DNA from: Octopus sinensis
Taxonomy: Eukaryota
Direction of reading: 5' to 3'
Assembly: GCF_006345805.1 (NCBI RefSeq)
Contig: NC_043007.1
Coordinates: forward strand, 66,898,001-66,962,000
Length of the DNA: 64,000 nt
Notes under the pieces: model-generated
Seen by the model: the letters and a program-made list of their open reading frames with translations, nothing else
Databases searched by the model: none
What the model was told of the DNA's origin: nothing
Shown: piece after piece, positions 39,425 through 52,864 of the stretch
How the letters are laid out: every line of letters starts with the position of its first letter
Numbering within the stretch: position 1 is the first letter of the stretch
Program-made: the position numbers and the translations under genes

Positions 39425-40299
39425 GAGAACAAAACATTTTCCCCCCCAACATTCTAATTAATAGTAATTTAAAAAACTGTGGTAGCAGCAGCAGCACTTG
39501 TAGCAGCAGTGGTAACAACAACAGCAGCAACAAACATCAACAGTCATAGTATCAACAGAACAACAATAAACAAACATGATTTTTTAAAATATATTTAAAT
39601 AAGACATATAAAACAAAAAAAAGTAAACAAACTAGGAAAAAAAAAACAACAAAACTATCTGGAATCTTGAAGCCATATGTGAAATCTATGGCTTTTTTGT
39701 AGCATATTTTTTTAATAATTTTTTTTTAAACAAAGAAAATATAGAATTTAGGTATATAGCAGAGTAAATTTGTATCATATATTCGCTGTGAAAGTCAGTG
39801 ACCCGTAAAATATATTCAACGAAAATAGAAAATAAAATAGAACAAAATAGCAATCTATAACAATTTTGTTTTTGTACATAGACAGAGGAAGGATTATAGT
39901 TTGTGTAGTTGATTTAATTGACCTGTCCTCCCCCAGTAGGTAACTGGTATTATTTATATATATTTTATTGACTTCTTAAGAAAAGGAGAACTATCTGGAA
40001 GAACAGCAGGCAAAGTCAAGCTTGCGAAAGGATATTTGGAAAAACAAAGAAAAATAACTAACTACTGCATCTTTATTGTTCTAGGCAATATTTCTACCAT
40101 TTTCCATCACAAGATCTTTCTTGAAGTATTGCTGGAAAGTTATAGCTATGTGGTTAAGAAATTTGCTTCACAACTACAGGGTCCTGAGTTCAATTTCACT
40201 GTACAGCACCTTGTGGGGTAAATGTTCTGCACTGGAGTCTTGTATTGACCAATGTCTTGTGAATGGAAACTGGTAAGCAGAAACTGTGCAGAAGCCCAT

Positions 40300-40690
40300 T
40301 GTGTGTGTGTGTTTGTGTGTGTAAAGTGTATGCATCTTTGTTTGCTTGTGTGTGTTATACATGTATGTATGTGTGCATCTTGTGTGTGGGGGTAAGTGTA
40401 TGCATCTTTGTATGTAAGTTAGTATTGTGTGCGTATGTATCTTTGTGTGTGTATGGTTGTGAGAGTATGTGTACACAACTTGTGTGTGCATGCATGTATG
40501 TGAATGTGTGCATCTTTGTGTATATGTATGTGTGTGAGCATGTATGCATCTTTCTGTGTGAGTGTGTATGTATGCATCTTTCTCTGTGTGTGCACGTGAG
40601 TATGTACGCATCTTTCTGTGTGTTTGTGTGTGTGTATGTATGCATCTTTCTGTGTGCGTGTGTGTGTTTGTGTGTGTGTGACTTTCTCTG
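40300..40690 (+). repeat. Degenerate minisatellite built on gtatgcatcttt(c/g)tgtgtg
   Basis: About 9 copies of the (g)catcttt core embedded in (TG)n. Confidence 0.75.
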
Positions 40691-41682
40691 TGCTTGGGTT
40701 ATGTCACTTTCTGTAGTGTAACTCAGTGGTTTGATAAATAGAGATCAATAAAATTAGTACTATAGTCAATATGATTGACAAAAAAGCTTTTAAATGCACA
40801 GCCCCAACATAACCAGTGCAATGATTGAAACCACTAAAAGAATATGTGTGTCTGGGTGTGTATGTATATGTGTGTGGATTCACAAACAAGATACACAAAA
40901 AAGGTACTCACTACATGTAGTAGAGTATATTCCTTTACATTAAACAGAGAATTAATTCAATTTTTACTGCGAGTTTCTTATTTCAATGCTAAATGGTGAT
41001 TAAATTTTAGTGACCATGTGCATGTGTATATGCATGCACATATGTTTGAATGTTTGTATGCATAGAGATAAAGAACTTCTACAAGAAAGAATATTTTCTA
41101 TAAAAGTGACAAAAACACAGTCCATTAACATCAACCCCACCATACACACAAATAATTTGTAAACATTTTTTTTTTACCATTACTTGAGGATAAATCTTTG
41201 GAGATGAAATTTACTTATTGCCAATACTTATACATATATATATACATAATATGTGTGTGTAAACCTACATAGAAGACATACAAACAAGGCAACTTCAATT
41301 TTTTTCTCTGTAGATTGAAAAAAAAAAATCAACGTCCTTAATTGATTTTCAAACATTATCGGGTGCTTATCAGAGGTGTATACATCAGTTGACCAATCTC
41401 CGAGAAACAAGTAGCCATTGTTTATACACACAACAAACCCAGCAGCTCCAGAGGACTGAAGCTCCTAATTTGCATACTACAAGCATTTAGTACTTTCTTT
41501 AATATCAGTGTGACTGTGTCTGCATGTATAGCACCAGATTTTTCTGTGTACGTTTCATTTTATTTGAATTTTTTTTTAAATGAGAATCAGTTATTACCCT
41601 TTTTCGATTTTAATTGTTTTTACTTAAAGAGGAAAACACATATTTTGCTTCATTCTAGTATCATTTTTTTTTTCTTTGATAG

Positions 41683-41822
41683 TTTTGTCTGGAGAAAGGA
41701 GCTGTTCTCATGGCCTTCAAAGGTCCTCTAACACAAATGATATCAATGCTACTGATATTCCACTTTTACAACTATTCATCCATCCATTTTCTCTGCTCAC
41801 TCTTCATGGAAGAGTCATGGCG
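41683..41822 (+). other. Candidate 140 nt plus-strand exon ending in ATGGCG
   Basis: Acceptor ttttttttttctttgatAG and donor GCG|GTAAGT. Two frames open. No partner exon identified. Confidence 0.3.
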
Positions 41823-42039
41823 GTAAGTCCTCAGGCGCTTTCTCTGAAGGGTCTTATTAGAAGCAACCGTCATTAGACTTTCTGGCTGGATTCCTGAGTA
41901 TCACCAACTAACATAATCGACACTATCCCAATTTAAATGACTACAAATCATCAATTGTCTGAAAAATATGGACAGGGAAGAAATTGCAGGAGAAGAATTA
42001 TTTGAGGGAGTAGGCACAATAAGGATGATGAGTGAGTCA

Positions 42040-43640
42040 GCTGATCCCGAAGATGGAAAAGGCTAAAAATAAGGAAAATTTAATGCAAGTGCAACAAGGA
42101 AAAGCAAAGATTTTCAGCCATGGTGGGCGGCAACATGATAACAATGGAAGTTACAACGGCAGAACTTTCTAAGTATAGGAACTTTGTCAAAAAACAGGTA
42201 GTGATACAAAACTACTCCCTCCTCAAGAGGTTTTACAGAATATTGCAGCAAAAACTGTTGTGTACAAAATGTAGAGTATGAAAGAAAACAGAACTATGAC
42301 ATATAAAAGTGAGGCGATAGAAAAGTGTTTGTCACCAATCTGGAACAGAATAATTTACGTCAGACATAGATGAAGGCATCCACGGTCAAAGTTCAATTCG
42401 CCAATGAAAAAAACAGCAAAGGATTTATCTACAATGACCTTGAAAAATGAAGAGGTGATATTACTGCTGACATACATGGGCAGACGAACCACAAAAATTA
42501 AAGTGGAAGAAATTCCGGCAGGTTTCGATATTACAAGGACAGCGGCGGCCATTACTTATGACCTGGAAGAAGAAATGAGCATTCCGCAAATGCAAGAAAA
42601 GGAAGCAGAAAATTGGAAAGGTCAGTCTCTCAAGACAGTCATACAGACCAAACCTGAAGTACTTGAGGGACTGCCCGACAGAGTATTTATAGGCAAGGGG
42701 CCAAGTGTAAGGGTCAGAGAAGAACAAACAAAATAGTTACACAAGAAGCCAAGGAAATGAGACCAGAAAAAACCATAGAGGCAACGATACAAACCACAGA
42801 GCTAAACTTCGTGCAGTGGGGAGAGAGGGTATCACCATTGCCAGATGGGCATGTCGTGTGGAGAGTCAGAGAAGCCTCTATCAAGTCTTTAATGGACAAA
42901 CAGGGGCATTCAATGGAATGATGGGAGGAGATGCAAAAGGGCCAGGGTACCAGGAAAACTTCCAGAAATCCCTGGCCGGGCAGTGCTATAGAAGTGCTTT
43001 ACCTGTTTGCGACAAACTGTGTAGGCATGGGATGTCTGTGCTACTAGCATGCCCAAGGTGCAGGCAGGATGATGAAACCATTCTGCATGCCTTTGTTCAG
43101 TGTCTGGAGCTTTGGGGCTTGATAATTTACGCAAAACACATGCTGTCGCATCTGGGAAGAGTACAGCTATCAGCTGAGTCCATGATAAAGATTGCGCCAC
43201 CACCAGGACTGTCAAAGGAAGGTAAGGCATGTTTCTTATGCACAGTTGTAGTGCTGAAAAAATGTATATGGAAATCTAGAATGAAAAGAGTCAAGACAGG
43301 AAGATTCATCTCCAGCCCTGGCTTGCTATACTACTTCAGATATCATCTGAAGAGCAAGATACGGCTGGAGAAAAGACGCATGTCATGAAGTGTATATGGG
43401 AAAAGATGGAAGGATGTGGAAAGAAAGTTGGGGGTAAATGACCCTGCTTAATCTCAACCATAGTAAAGTAGTACAGTGTAGCTGGTGGACTTCACTGCCA
43501 AGGTTTAATTATTTTTAATTAGATTTAAACACATCTTTATATTTTTAAAACTCATTTATGAATCCATGAACACTTTTTGTTTGTGCTGTCCTGTATCGTC
43601 CTCTCTATGTCCAATAAATATTATCATAATAAAGAATATA
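42040..43640 (+). mobile_element. Internally deleted L1/Tx1-clade LINE: ORF1-like remnant, ORF2 C-terminal zf-RVT and 3' UTR
   Basis: CYRSALPVCDKL...CPRCRQDDETILHAFVQC (CCHC zf-RVT), then CIWKSR. The 3' end has aataaa. No endonuclease or RT core between ~42740 and 42900. Confidence 0.75.
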
Positions 43641-44589
43641 GCTCTAGCAGACAGGTGTCCACCACTGAGGATGGGCACAAATAGCTCAAAGCTGTATGTC
43701 CAGGTGGTCCCATTGCCAACAATGGAAGATGGTAGAGGTTCGCTCCCTTGTTTGCAATATATATTGGGTGCAGATTGCATCAATAACCAGCTGGAAGAGG
43801 CATCTCCTGGAGTTAGAAACAGTAGTAACGTTGGTTCCTACAGAACAGCCATATTGATGTGGAGATTAACATTACTTCTCAGTATAGTTACTATTTCCAT
43901 TTCTTTTAGAGATTTTCTAACTAGCTTAAACCAAAAAGCATTATGAAAAGATAAATATGGTAATACAGGATGGCACTACCATGATGAACTCGAGAGCAAA
44001 ATCATCAACTTCAAAACTTATTAGCACTGCAGAAAGACAAAGAAATATAAATAGTTACCAATGGCTAGCTTTAATAGTATAAATTAAAAGTTTAATGAGT
44101 TTAAAAAGCAGAAACGGCAAAAAATAATACACTTAATCTCACATTTGACATAAGAAATTGCAATGGTTCTTAAACAATGTACCATAGTACACTTATATGT
44201 GCTGCAGACTTTTTAAACCATAACTTACAACTACTTTAGAAAGTGTGTATTAATAGCTGAGCAGCTTAAAAGCATATTATTTATAATATTGTTATATACA
44301 AATATGATTAATAAAACAAGGTAAGCAATAGGGTGCTTTTTTGTTTTTTCGCTAAATTTTTAGGAATGAATTTTTTTTTCCTCATACGAAGTGTGTCCTT
44401 AGTTTTTCTTTTTAGTTTGATTTCCATTGTACCACAATGTCAAAAGAATCAAGAACCACTGTTCTGGACAGATAGATAGAATAGTAAATTCTTCCATAAC
44501 AGGTTTCCTATTTGACCTTTCTACCATTAATCTGCTAGAAACCTTTAAGAATAACACAAATTAATAGCCTGATCGAAATCAACAATGTG

Positions 44590-44880
44590 AAATATAATAA
44601 AACCAAAAAAAATCCAAACATCATTCCTGCAGAAATTATAAAGAAAGACAAGTTATCTTCTGGATCTAACATGGAGAATACTGAGAAAATAACAACAATG
44701 TCCCAATGTTCAAACAGGATGAGGAGAAGTAGAAGAATAGATATCTCAGCAGTAAGAGTTGTGGCATTTCATGATTGTCAGCAACAAGAAAAATTCTCAA
44801 ATGCATCATATTGAAATGCGATATTCAGCAGCACATCACAGAAATAATTCTCCATAAAAATTTTGCCACATTAGGAAAAT
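44590..44880 (+). pseudogene. Decayed RTE-type RT fragment
   Basis: PNIIPAEIIK and CGIS*LSATRKILKCIIL...QHITEIIL resemble PDxIPAExxK and YRGISLLS.xGKI...L. Confidence 0.4.
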
Positions 44881-46977
44881 ATTAAAACCTTTGAAGTATG
44901 ATATTCACTCTTGAACAAATATAAAAAGAAAAACATCTTAAGCAAAATCAAGAGATTCACCTAATGTTTTTCAACATAAGACAGAAAATAGAACTACCTG
45001 AAATCATATATCGTCAATTACTCTGGATAATACAATGAAATAAAACTACAGTTCCTACAGAAACTCCATAATCTTTCTACAACTACAATAATATATAATG
45101 GCCTCTGTTCCTCAGAGCTGGTGGGTTTCGTACTGACATCATTCAAGCACTCTTGACCCACTAATCTCCACCTTTTGTTACTCGTAAAGCATCCAACCCT
45201 GTTTTCCCTGCATAAATCACAATGTCCAATCCTTCATCTCCAAAACATCAACCTTCTGGAATTTTCTCCAGGTTTGTCTCTTTTCTGCAGATGTTGATTT
45301 GTTATACCTTAAACTGAAAACATGAACAGCATTGACCTCGTTAGTGTCAGTGGGCCCACAAAACTATTGAGCCCTACCCCTTTCTCCAGACTCAGCTTGT
45401 AAAAGATAAAAAAAAAACTTGTATCACAATATCACCACATCTCAATAAAATGGGTTTCAAAAGCACTTGATAGGGACAAACCTGGTGCTGTGTATAGAAG
45501 CAGAATAATTACAGTGGTGTACAGTGTCTGATAGCATATACATGCATAAAAAGAACCATCTCAGATTGGCACAGTTCTCACTTGCCAGACATATAAAAAG
45601 ATTAACATGATCAATGAATTATTGGTTAATACACATATCACATCAAACATAGGAAACTGATTACATAAAAAGTGAATAGATCATCTCCCTAGTAATGAAA
45701 TGTCAACTTCATGCACAATGGTCTTAGACAAGTGTGTGTGTGTGCATGCATGCGTGTGTGAAGATGCAGGACCTAGTGGTTAGGATGCTCAGGTGAGAAC
45801 CGTGAATTTGTGGGTTCAATGCCTGACCAGTGTGTGTGTGTGTGTTGTGTCCTTGAGCAAGACGCTTCATTTCACACTGTTCCAGTTTACTCAGCTGAAA
45901 ATGAATGCCAGCTGGGCACTGGCACAGCCCTCTCTCCCTCCAGCTATCACATCCTCAATGTTATGCTGGGTTGAGAACAGTAAGGCTGAGAGTATGTCAG
46001 TGTCTGCTCAGAACTTCAGAGGCACCTAAAACAAATAGTGAAAGAATGTATATATTATCGAGTTGTCCTTGATTCCAAGCAATGACCATAGTGAATGAAA
46101 ATGTGTGTGTATGTATATATATATATATATATATCTGAAATAATACCTTTGTATTTATACTTTATGATTCTGAGTTTCATCATCATCATCATTATTCGAC
46201 CGTGGTCGAGACAATGGAATTTACCATGCTACGCCAGAACATCAATACTGCTTTCACGTCTACTTTTCCATACTTGCATAGGTCACACATCCCTTTGCTG
46301 AGAAACACCTTCTACAGCAAGATGCTCTTCCATCACCAACTCTCACCTGTTTCTGAGCAAGGAAATATTTCTGCTTGACTGAACATGATTCTAAAGCAAA
46401 CTGAAATCAAATCACACTGCTTGAGTGACAGTGACATAACTATCATACAATGCCAAAACAAGGAGACACACAATATACAATAACAATGGGCTTCTTTTAG
46501 TTTCCGCCTACCAAATCCACTCACAAGGCTTTTTGTCAGCCTGGGGCAAGAGTAGAAAACATACATGCCCAGGGCGTCACACAATGGGAGTGAACCCAAA
46601 ACCATGTGGTCGGGAAGTAAACTTCTTACCATGCTGCCATGCCCTCACCCATTTTGTAAAAATAATCGACATGTAGAGAAACAAAAACCCACATAGAATA
46701 AGATATCCCACCAATTATGCAAACACTAGTCACTGCAGAAGATAATTCTCAACTTAGGATTTGCTTTATCATGTGAAGATCATTTTGAGAAATATTGCAT
46801 GATATGAAACTCAAGATCATAAAATATAAACACAATGGTACGAATTGCAATGAATATTTCACTCAGCTATGTGTATTGACTACTCATATTTTTTTTTTGA
46901 TGACACCACTAACCTAATATACATGTGTGTGTGTGAGTATGTATGTATGTATGTATGTATAGTAGATAGGTAGATAG

Positions 46978-47010
<33 letters not shown>

Positions 47011-47419
47011 TACAGATAATAGGTGGGAGCTAGATATGCAGAGTATAGAAAATGCATTTGTGCTCAAATGAATTTGAACTTAAACTCCACATTCTTCAAT
47101 TAGGAACAAGTCCATAGCATCAAGAGTGGCTATTAGAGAAATAAACACAATAGGCTTCACCCATTCATTCATTCATTCATTCATACATACACACACACAT
47201 AAATGTGTGTGTGTATGTATATGTGTGTGTGTGTGTGTTTCTTTCTGAATATATGTAGATAGATGTATCTGTGTGTGTATTTACGAATATATATGTATGT
47301 ATACATACAGACAGACTGGCAGAAAGAAAGAGGGAGAAAAAGAGAGATGTGTGTATGTGTATGTGCGTATGCATGTGTGCACGTATATGTGAGTATGCAT
47401 ATATTCATATATACATACG

Positions 47420-47444
47420 TGCATGAGTATATGTCAGTGTATGC

Positions 47445-47475
<31 letters not shown>

Positions 47476-47547
47476 TACATATATTTATATACACACATGT
47501 ATATAAATATATATATGAATATATGTATTTGTGTGTGTGTATGTGTG

Positions 47548-47580
<33 letters not shown>

Positions 47581-48227
47581 GTGTACGAATGTAGATGCAT
47601 ACAATCGCACAGACACACACACATACATACTAGAAGCTTATTCAATAAGTTTGTGTATATTTACTAAAAGCATGTAAACAAACACAACGTTACACATATA
47701 CAAATATGTATACAGCACTTGAAGTGTTTGATTGTCTTCAATAATATAAATGCAGGCACAATAGCTTCTGTCAAATAAACAAGATAAAAAAAAAAAAGGG
47801 ATAAAACAGATTTGCAGAAGCAGAAAGCTTTCAATGATGATGTATATAGAAAAAGTTCAGCATGGACTTTCAATTTGAAATAACAATTGTAGTAAAAAAG
47901 CAGAAACTGCCAGACAACCAGGCAGGGAATTCCACAATTTTGGATAATAATTTAGTGCCTTGCTCAATAGTAAACATAATATAAAATACAAGTACCTTGG
48001 AACATAGTAATTGAAGTTCCAAAGTGAGATATTGCATTCTGACTGATATATGTGTATATATGTGTGTGTGCATGTGTATGTGTGTGTATGTCAGTGTATG
48101 TGTGTGTGTGTGTATATATATATATATTATATATATATATATATATACACATATATACATATATTTATATACACACATGTATATAAATATATATATGAAT
48201 ATATGTATTTGTGTGTGTGTATGTGTG

Positions 48228-48278
<51 letters not shown>

Positions 48279-48787
48279 ACGAATGTAGATGCATACAATC
48301 GCACAGACACACACACATACATACTAGAAGCTTATTCAATAAGTTTGTGTATATTTACTAAAAGCATGTAAACAAACACAACGTTACACATATACAAATA
48401 TGTATACAGCACTTGAAGTGTTTGATTGTCTTCAATAATATAAATGCAGGCACAATAGCTTCTGTCAAATAAACAAGATAAAAAAAAAAAAGGGATAAAA
48501 CAGATTTGCAGAAGCAGAAAGCTTTCAATGATGATGTATATAGAAAAAGTTCAGCATGGACTTTCAATTTGAAATAACAATTGTAGTAAAAAAGCAGAAA
48601 CTGCCAGACAACCAGGCAGGGAATTCCACAATTTTGGATAATAATTTAGTGCCTTGCTCAATAGTAAACATAATATAAAATACAAGTACCTTGGAACATA
48701 GTAATTGAAGTTCCAAAGTGAGATATTGCATTCTGACTGATATATGTGTATATATGTGTGTGTGCATGTGTATGTGTGTGTATGTCA

Positions 48788-48820
<33 letters not shown>

Positions 48821-48864
48821 ATATATATATATATATGTGTGTGTGTGTATGTGTGTATATATAT

Positions 48865-48901
<37 letters not shown>

Positions 48902-49416
48902 GTACGAATGTAGATGCATACAATCGCACAGACACACACACATACATACTAGAAGCTTATTCAATAAGTTTGTGTATATTTACTAAAAGCATGTAAACAA
49001 ACACAACGTTACACATATACAAATATGTATACAGCACTTGAAGTGTTTGATTGTCTTCAATAATATAAATGCAGGCACAATAGCTTCTGTCAAATAAACA
49101 AGATAAAAAAAAAAAAGGGATAAAACAGATTTGCAGAAGCAGAAAGCTTTCAATGATGATGTATATAGAAAAAGTTCAGCATGGACTTTCAATTTGAAAT
49201 AACAATTGTAGTAAAAAAGCAGAAACTGCCAGACAACCAGGCAGGGAATTCCACATTTTGGATAATAATTTAGTGCCTTGCTCAATAGTAAACATAATAT
49301 AAAATACAAGTACCTTGGAACATAGTAATTGAAGTTCCAAAGTGAGATATTGCATTCTGACTGATATATGTGTATATATGTGTGTGTGCATGTGTATGTG
49401 TGTGTATGTCAGTGTA

Positions 49417-49450
<34 letters not shown>
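47420..49450. repeat. Triple tandem duplication of a ~465 bp unique core joined by TA/TG microsatellites
   Basis: Cores at 47581-48046, 48275-48740 and 48900-49364 are nearly identical. Periods are 694 and 625 bp. Confidence 0.95.
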
Positions 49451-49463
<13 letters not shown>

Positions 49464-49811
49464 ATGCATATATATGAGCATATATATCTGCATTTGTTTC
49501 AGCACATACATACAGGCAGAGAAGCAAATACTATATGTTAAATATATACACTTACACATATACATATATACACTTATATACATATATATATACACATACA
49601 TAAATTATATAAAAATATACAAATATGTGTGTGTGTGGCCTAATATAAACATACATATTTATATATGCATATATATATATGTGTGTGTGTGTATGGCCTA
49701 ATACAAACATACATATATATATTAAATTTTAAATTATCATTATTATCCTTACTTTGAATTAGTATTATGACTTTTTATTATTATTACTACTCTTATTCTT
49801 ATTTTACTTTT

Positions 49812-50865
49812 AATTTTTTAATTTTTCAAAAACATCAAAAGGATCTTATGTGTGCAAGCTGGAATTGCATCAGTAAATTTATTTAACATAGCATGATTAT
49901 AATTTTTCAAAATAAAGTATGCCTCCCTGATGCATAACCCACATCTAGTGGATCCAATTCCAAACGGAGGGGCATGAACCAGGATGGACCAAGATAATTT
50001 GAACTCTACACTCCTTTCCCTAAGGTCGTTTATAAACATTGCTAATGCGGTGGATACCCTATATTTTGGATCCTAAAAGAACTAAGGTGGCTTCTATACC
50101 TTTGCTTGAAGTCTATCGAGTTACCAATATGTATTTCTTCTTTGGCCATTATGGATTTGTACGCTACATTTACAGATTACATTATTCTGGTTACAATTTC
50201 CACTAATAGGACATTTTGAAGGGTCTCTACAATTACACTTATCTTGCCATTTATTGGGTTTATTCCTAGCATTACTTAGTATACCACTTTCTCCCATCCC
50301 TCCGTTGTCAGGATCGATAGCATTCATTGTACTTTCGTCCAAGCCTACATTTGGATTATTTGCTTTACTAATATTATTATTATTATTATTATTATTATTA
50401 TCATTATTACCACCACCATTCTTATTATCATTATTCATATCAACGTTTGCATTTTTTGTACATCTTTCATGTTCCGTTTCACAGGGTTCCATAATTCCGT
50501 TACTAGTATCGATGGTGCCATTAATGAGTCTCACATTATTAGATTTAATATTCTCATCAATATCATTGTAATTGCCATTATCATCATCATTATTATTACT
50601 TCTATCATTAAGGTATCTTATTTTTTTCCTATTGATTGAAGCGATGATAGACCCCAGATTGGGAGTAACCGAATAAGCTAGCTTTATTGATGATTTGTTA
50701 CAAATAGTGTAATATTTGTGATGCTTAGGGAAATTTTCTTTCAACAATTTGAAAAATAATTTTGGAAGACCTTTCACTCTTAGTGAAAAGGGAGGGGCAA
50801 ACCAAATCACCTGACAGACTCTAGATTTGGTCTTAGAAATTGGCTTGCCAGATGATATTGACTTC
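49812..50865 (-). pseudogene. Penelope-like element ORF fragment: RT C-terminus, linker and GIY-YIG endonuclease, frameshifted
   Basis: VIWFAPPFS...FFKLLKENFPKHHKYYTICNKSSIKLAYS..PNLGSII, CNCRDPSKCPISGNC, HIGNSIDFKQRYRSHLSSF, STALA...WSILVHAPPF...RCGLCIRE...LNK. These match PLE motifs WFNPPFS, CNC..CPL.GxC, YIG and CxLC. Confidence 0.88.
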
Positions 50866-51504
50866 TATTGCTACACGTGGAGAAGTTTATATTCTTACTC
50901 TTATTTACATTTATATTTATATCTGCATCTACATTTTTATTTGTATTTTTATTGATATATTTATTTTTATTTATATTTATATTTTTGTTTAAATTTTTGT
51001 TACTATTATCATTAGTAATATTTCTCTCATTTTCACATTTACATTTTCATTTGTTATTATCTAAACATTATAATTCTGTTCAAATCCAGAATTCTTATTA
51101 CCACTATCCCTACATCTGTAATTATCTTTATCATCCATTGAGCTGGTATCAGCACCATTTTCTTCACGTATATATGATCATCATCATCATATACACATAT
51201 ATACACATACATGTAAATATGTATATACATATATATACATACAAATATACATATAAATACATATATATATGCACACAAATATATGCATATATATGCATGT
51301 AAATACATAAAGATAGTGCACTGTTCTGTGTAAATATGTGTGAGTGAATGTATGTATGTATATGTGTGTGTGTGTGTGTGCATGTATGTGGATTGAAACA
51401 GTTTGATTGAAATTTGTTGGTACTCTTCAGTTTCAAGTGTAATGTTATTTGTTTGTCACTTGTGTGTGTGTGTGTGTGTGTGGATGGATGGATAGATGGA
51501 TGGG

Positions 51505-51538
<34 letters not shown>

Positions 51539-52033
51539 TGCACATAAATATATATGTATGTATGTATTTATGTATTTATGTATGTATGTAAGGGTTAGTT
51601 CAGTAATTCATTCGGGTAAGTATGCTAGGCCACAATTATTAAAGAATTCAAAGTTGTATCACAATAAGGCCATCACTATTCCACCACAGGTTCAATAAGC
51701 ATCATGAAAGGAGCTGCTTAACAAACATACACTTTGCTGAAACAGCAGAGGCCACTGTGTAAGAATATGAATAGATCAATCTATACGTCTACACACATAC
51801 ACACATGCACACACACACACATTTACATATATGCATTCTCAAAACCTAAGAACCAATTCTGTCTGGAAGACAAGGCTGATACAGATTAGCATCTTATCCT
51901 AAGTGGTAGAAGAGAAAAAATGCAAATGTATAAGCTTACATTAGTAGGCAGATGGCGGTAAAGATTATAGCAGTCCTTTGGTTTCAAGGATCCACTGATG
52001 ATGAGATAAAGCATTTTGTTTCACAAACTACTA

Positions 52034-52254
52034 TTAACTCTTTAGCATTCAGATTACTCTGTCAAATGTAATGCCTATTTATTCACATTGTTTTGAATTA
52101 ATCAGGCATTATCTTGTAGCTTTGAAATTTTCATGATGTGATTGCTTGTTTCTAGAAGGGTAGGTGTGGAAGGTTGGATCTGATTGGTTTGAATATAAAA
52201 CAGGTAGGATATTCAGGCTGGATATGACTGGTGGTTCGAATGCTAGAGGGTTAA
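52034..52254. mobile_element. TTAA-flanked MITE (piggyBac-like termini)
   Basis: TTAActctttagcattc ... gaatgctagagggTTAA. Other copies at 61633-61856, with partial copies at ~10590-10750, 20110-20305 and 62620-62740. Confidence 0.8.
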
Positions 52255-52724
52255 AGTAATCTAGAGAAGGCAAAAATGTGAGAAGGAAAGAAAGAAGGAA
52301 AAGAATGAGGGGAAAACAAAGGAAGGAAAACAAGGGAAAATTAACTATAATGGTCAAACAAAAGAAAAATGATACAAAAACATCTGAAATAATATCAAAA
52401 TGGAACGAAAAATTGAAATAATTTAGGAAACAAAAAAAACAACAAAAATTAATTTTGAAACAATAACAAATAATTATAACAATAACATCAAGATTTGAAC
52501 TTCACCACCATCTCCCCCCACTAATCTCAGTCCAAAAAAAAAAATTTGACATTGTAACAACAAACAGCTAAGAACATTTCATTGAAGATCACCTTTTAAG
52601 GTTCGACTTCAGTTTTAAGGTTTTTTTCTTTTTTTTTTCTTTTTTTTTCTTTCTTTCTTTTTTTTAAATATGTGGATGATACTTGGAAGCTTAAAAGTAA
52701 GGAGAGTTTCTAGTAGGTCCAGTT

Positions 52725-52864
52725 TCATTTCCTGACATAAACAGTAGGACTTCCTGGAGGGGTGCTTGTGGGAACACGGCTGATTGAGCACTTCCGCTTC
52801 AACGACAAACGTTTGGCGGTGGATTTAACAAACGTCTCTGCTGTTTCAAAAACAGAATCGCTGC
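52725..52864 (-). CDS. Terminal coding exon of an unidentified gene: (G)SDSVFETAETFVKSTAKRLSLKRKCSISRVPTSTPPGSPTVYVRK*
   Basis: Strong acceptor ctcttttatctctattttcAG at 52865-52866, a GC-richer open frame to TGA at 52725-52727, then AT-rich UTR-like sequence. Confidence 0.7.

Noticed and set aside
43556-43946. Overlapping ORFs on both strands
   Set aside because: No recognisable motif or donor site. It lies at the 3' flank of a LINE remnant and is probably decayed repeat.
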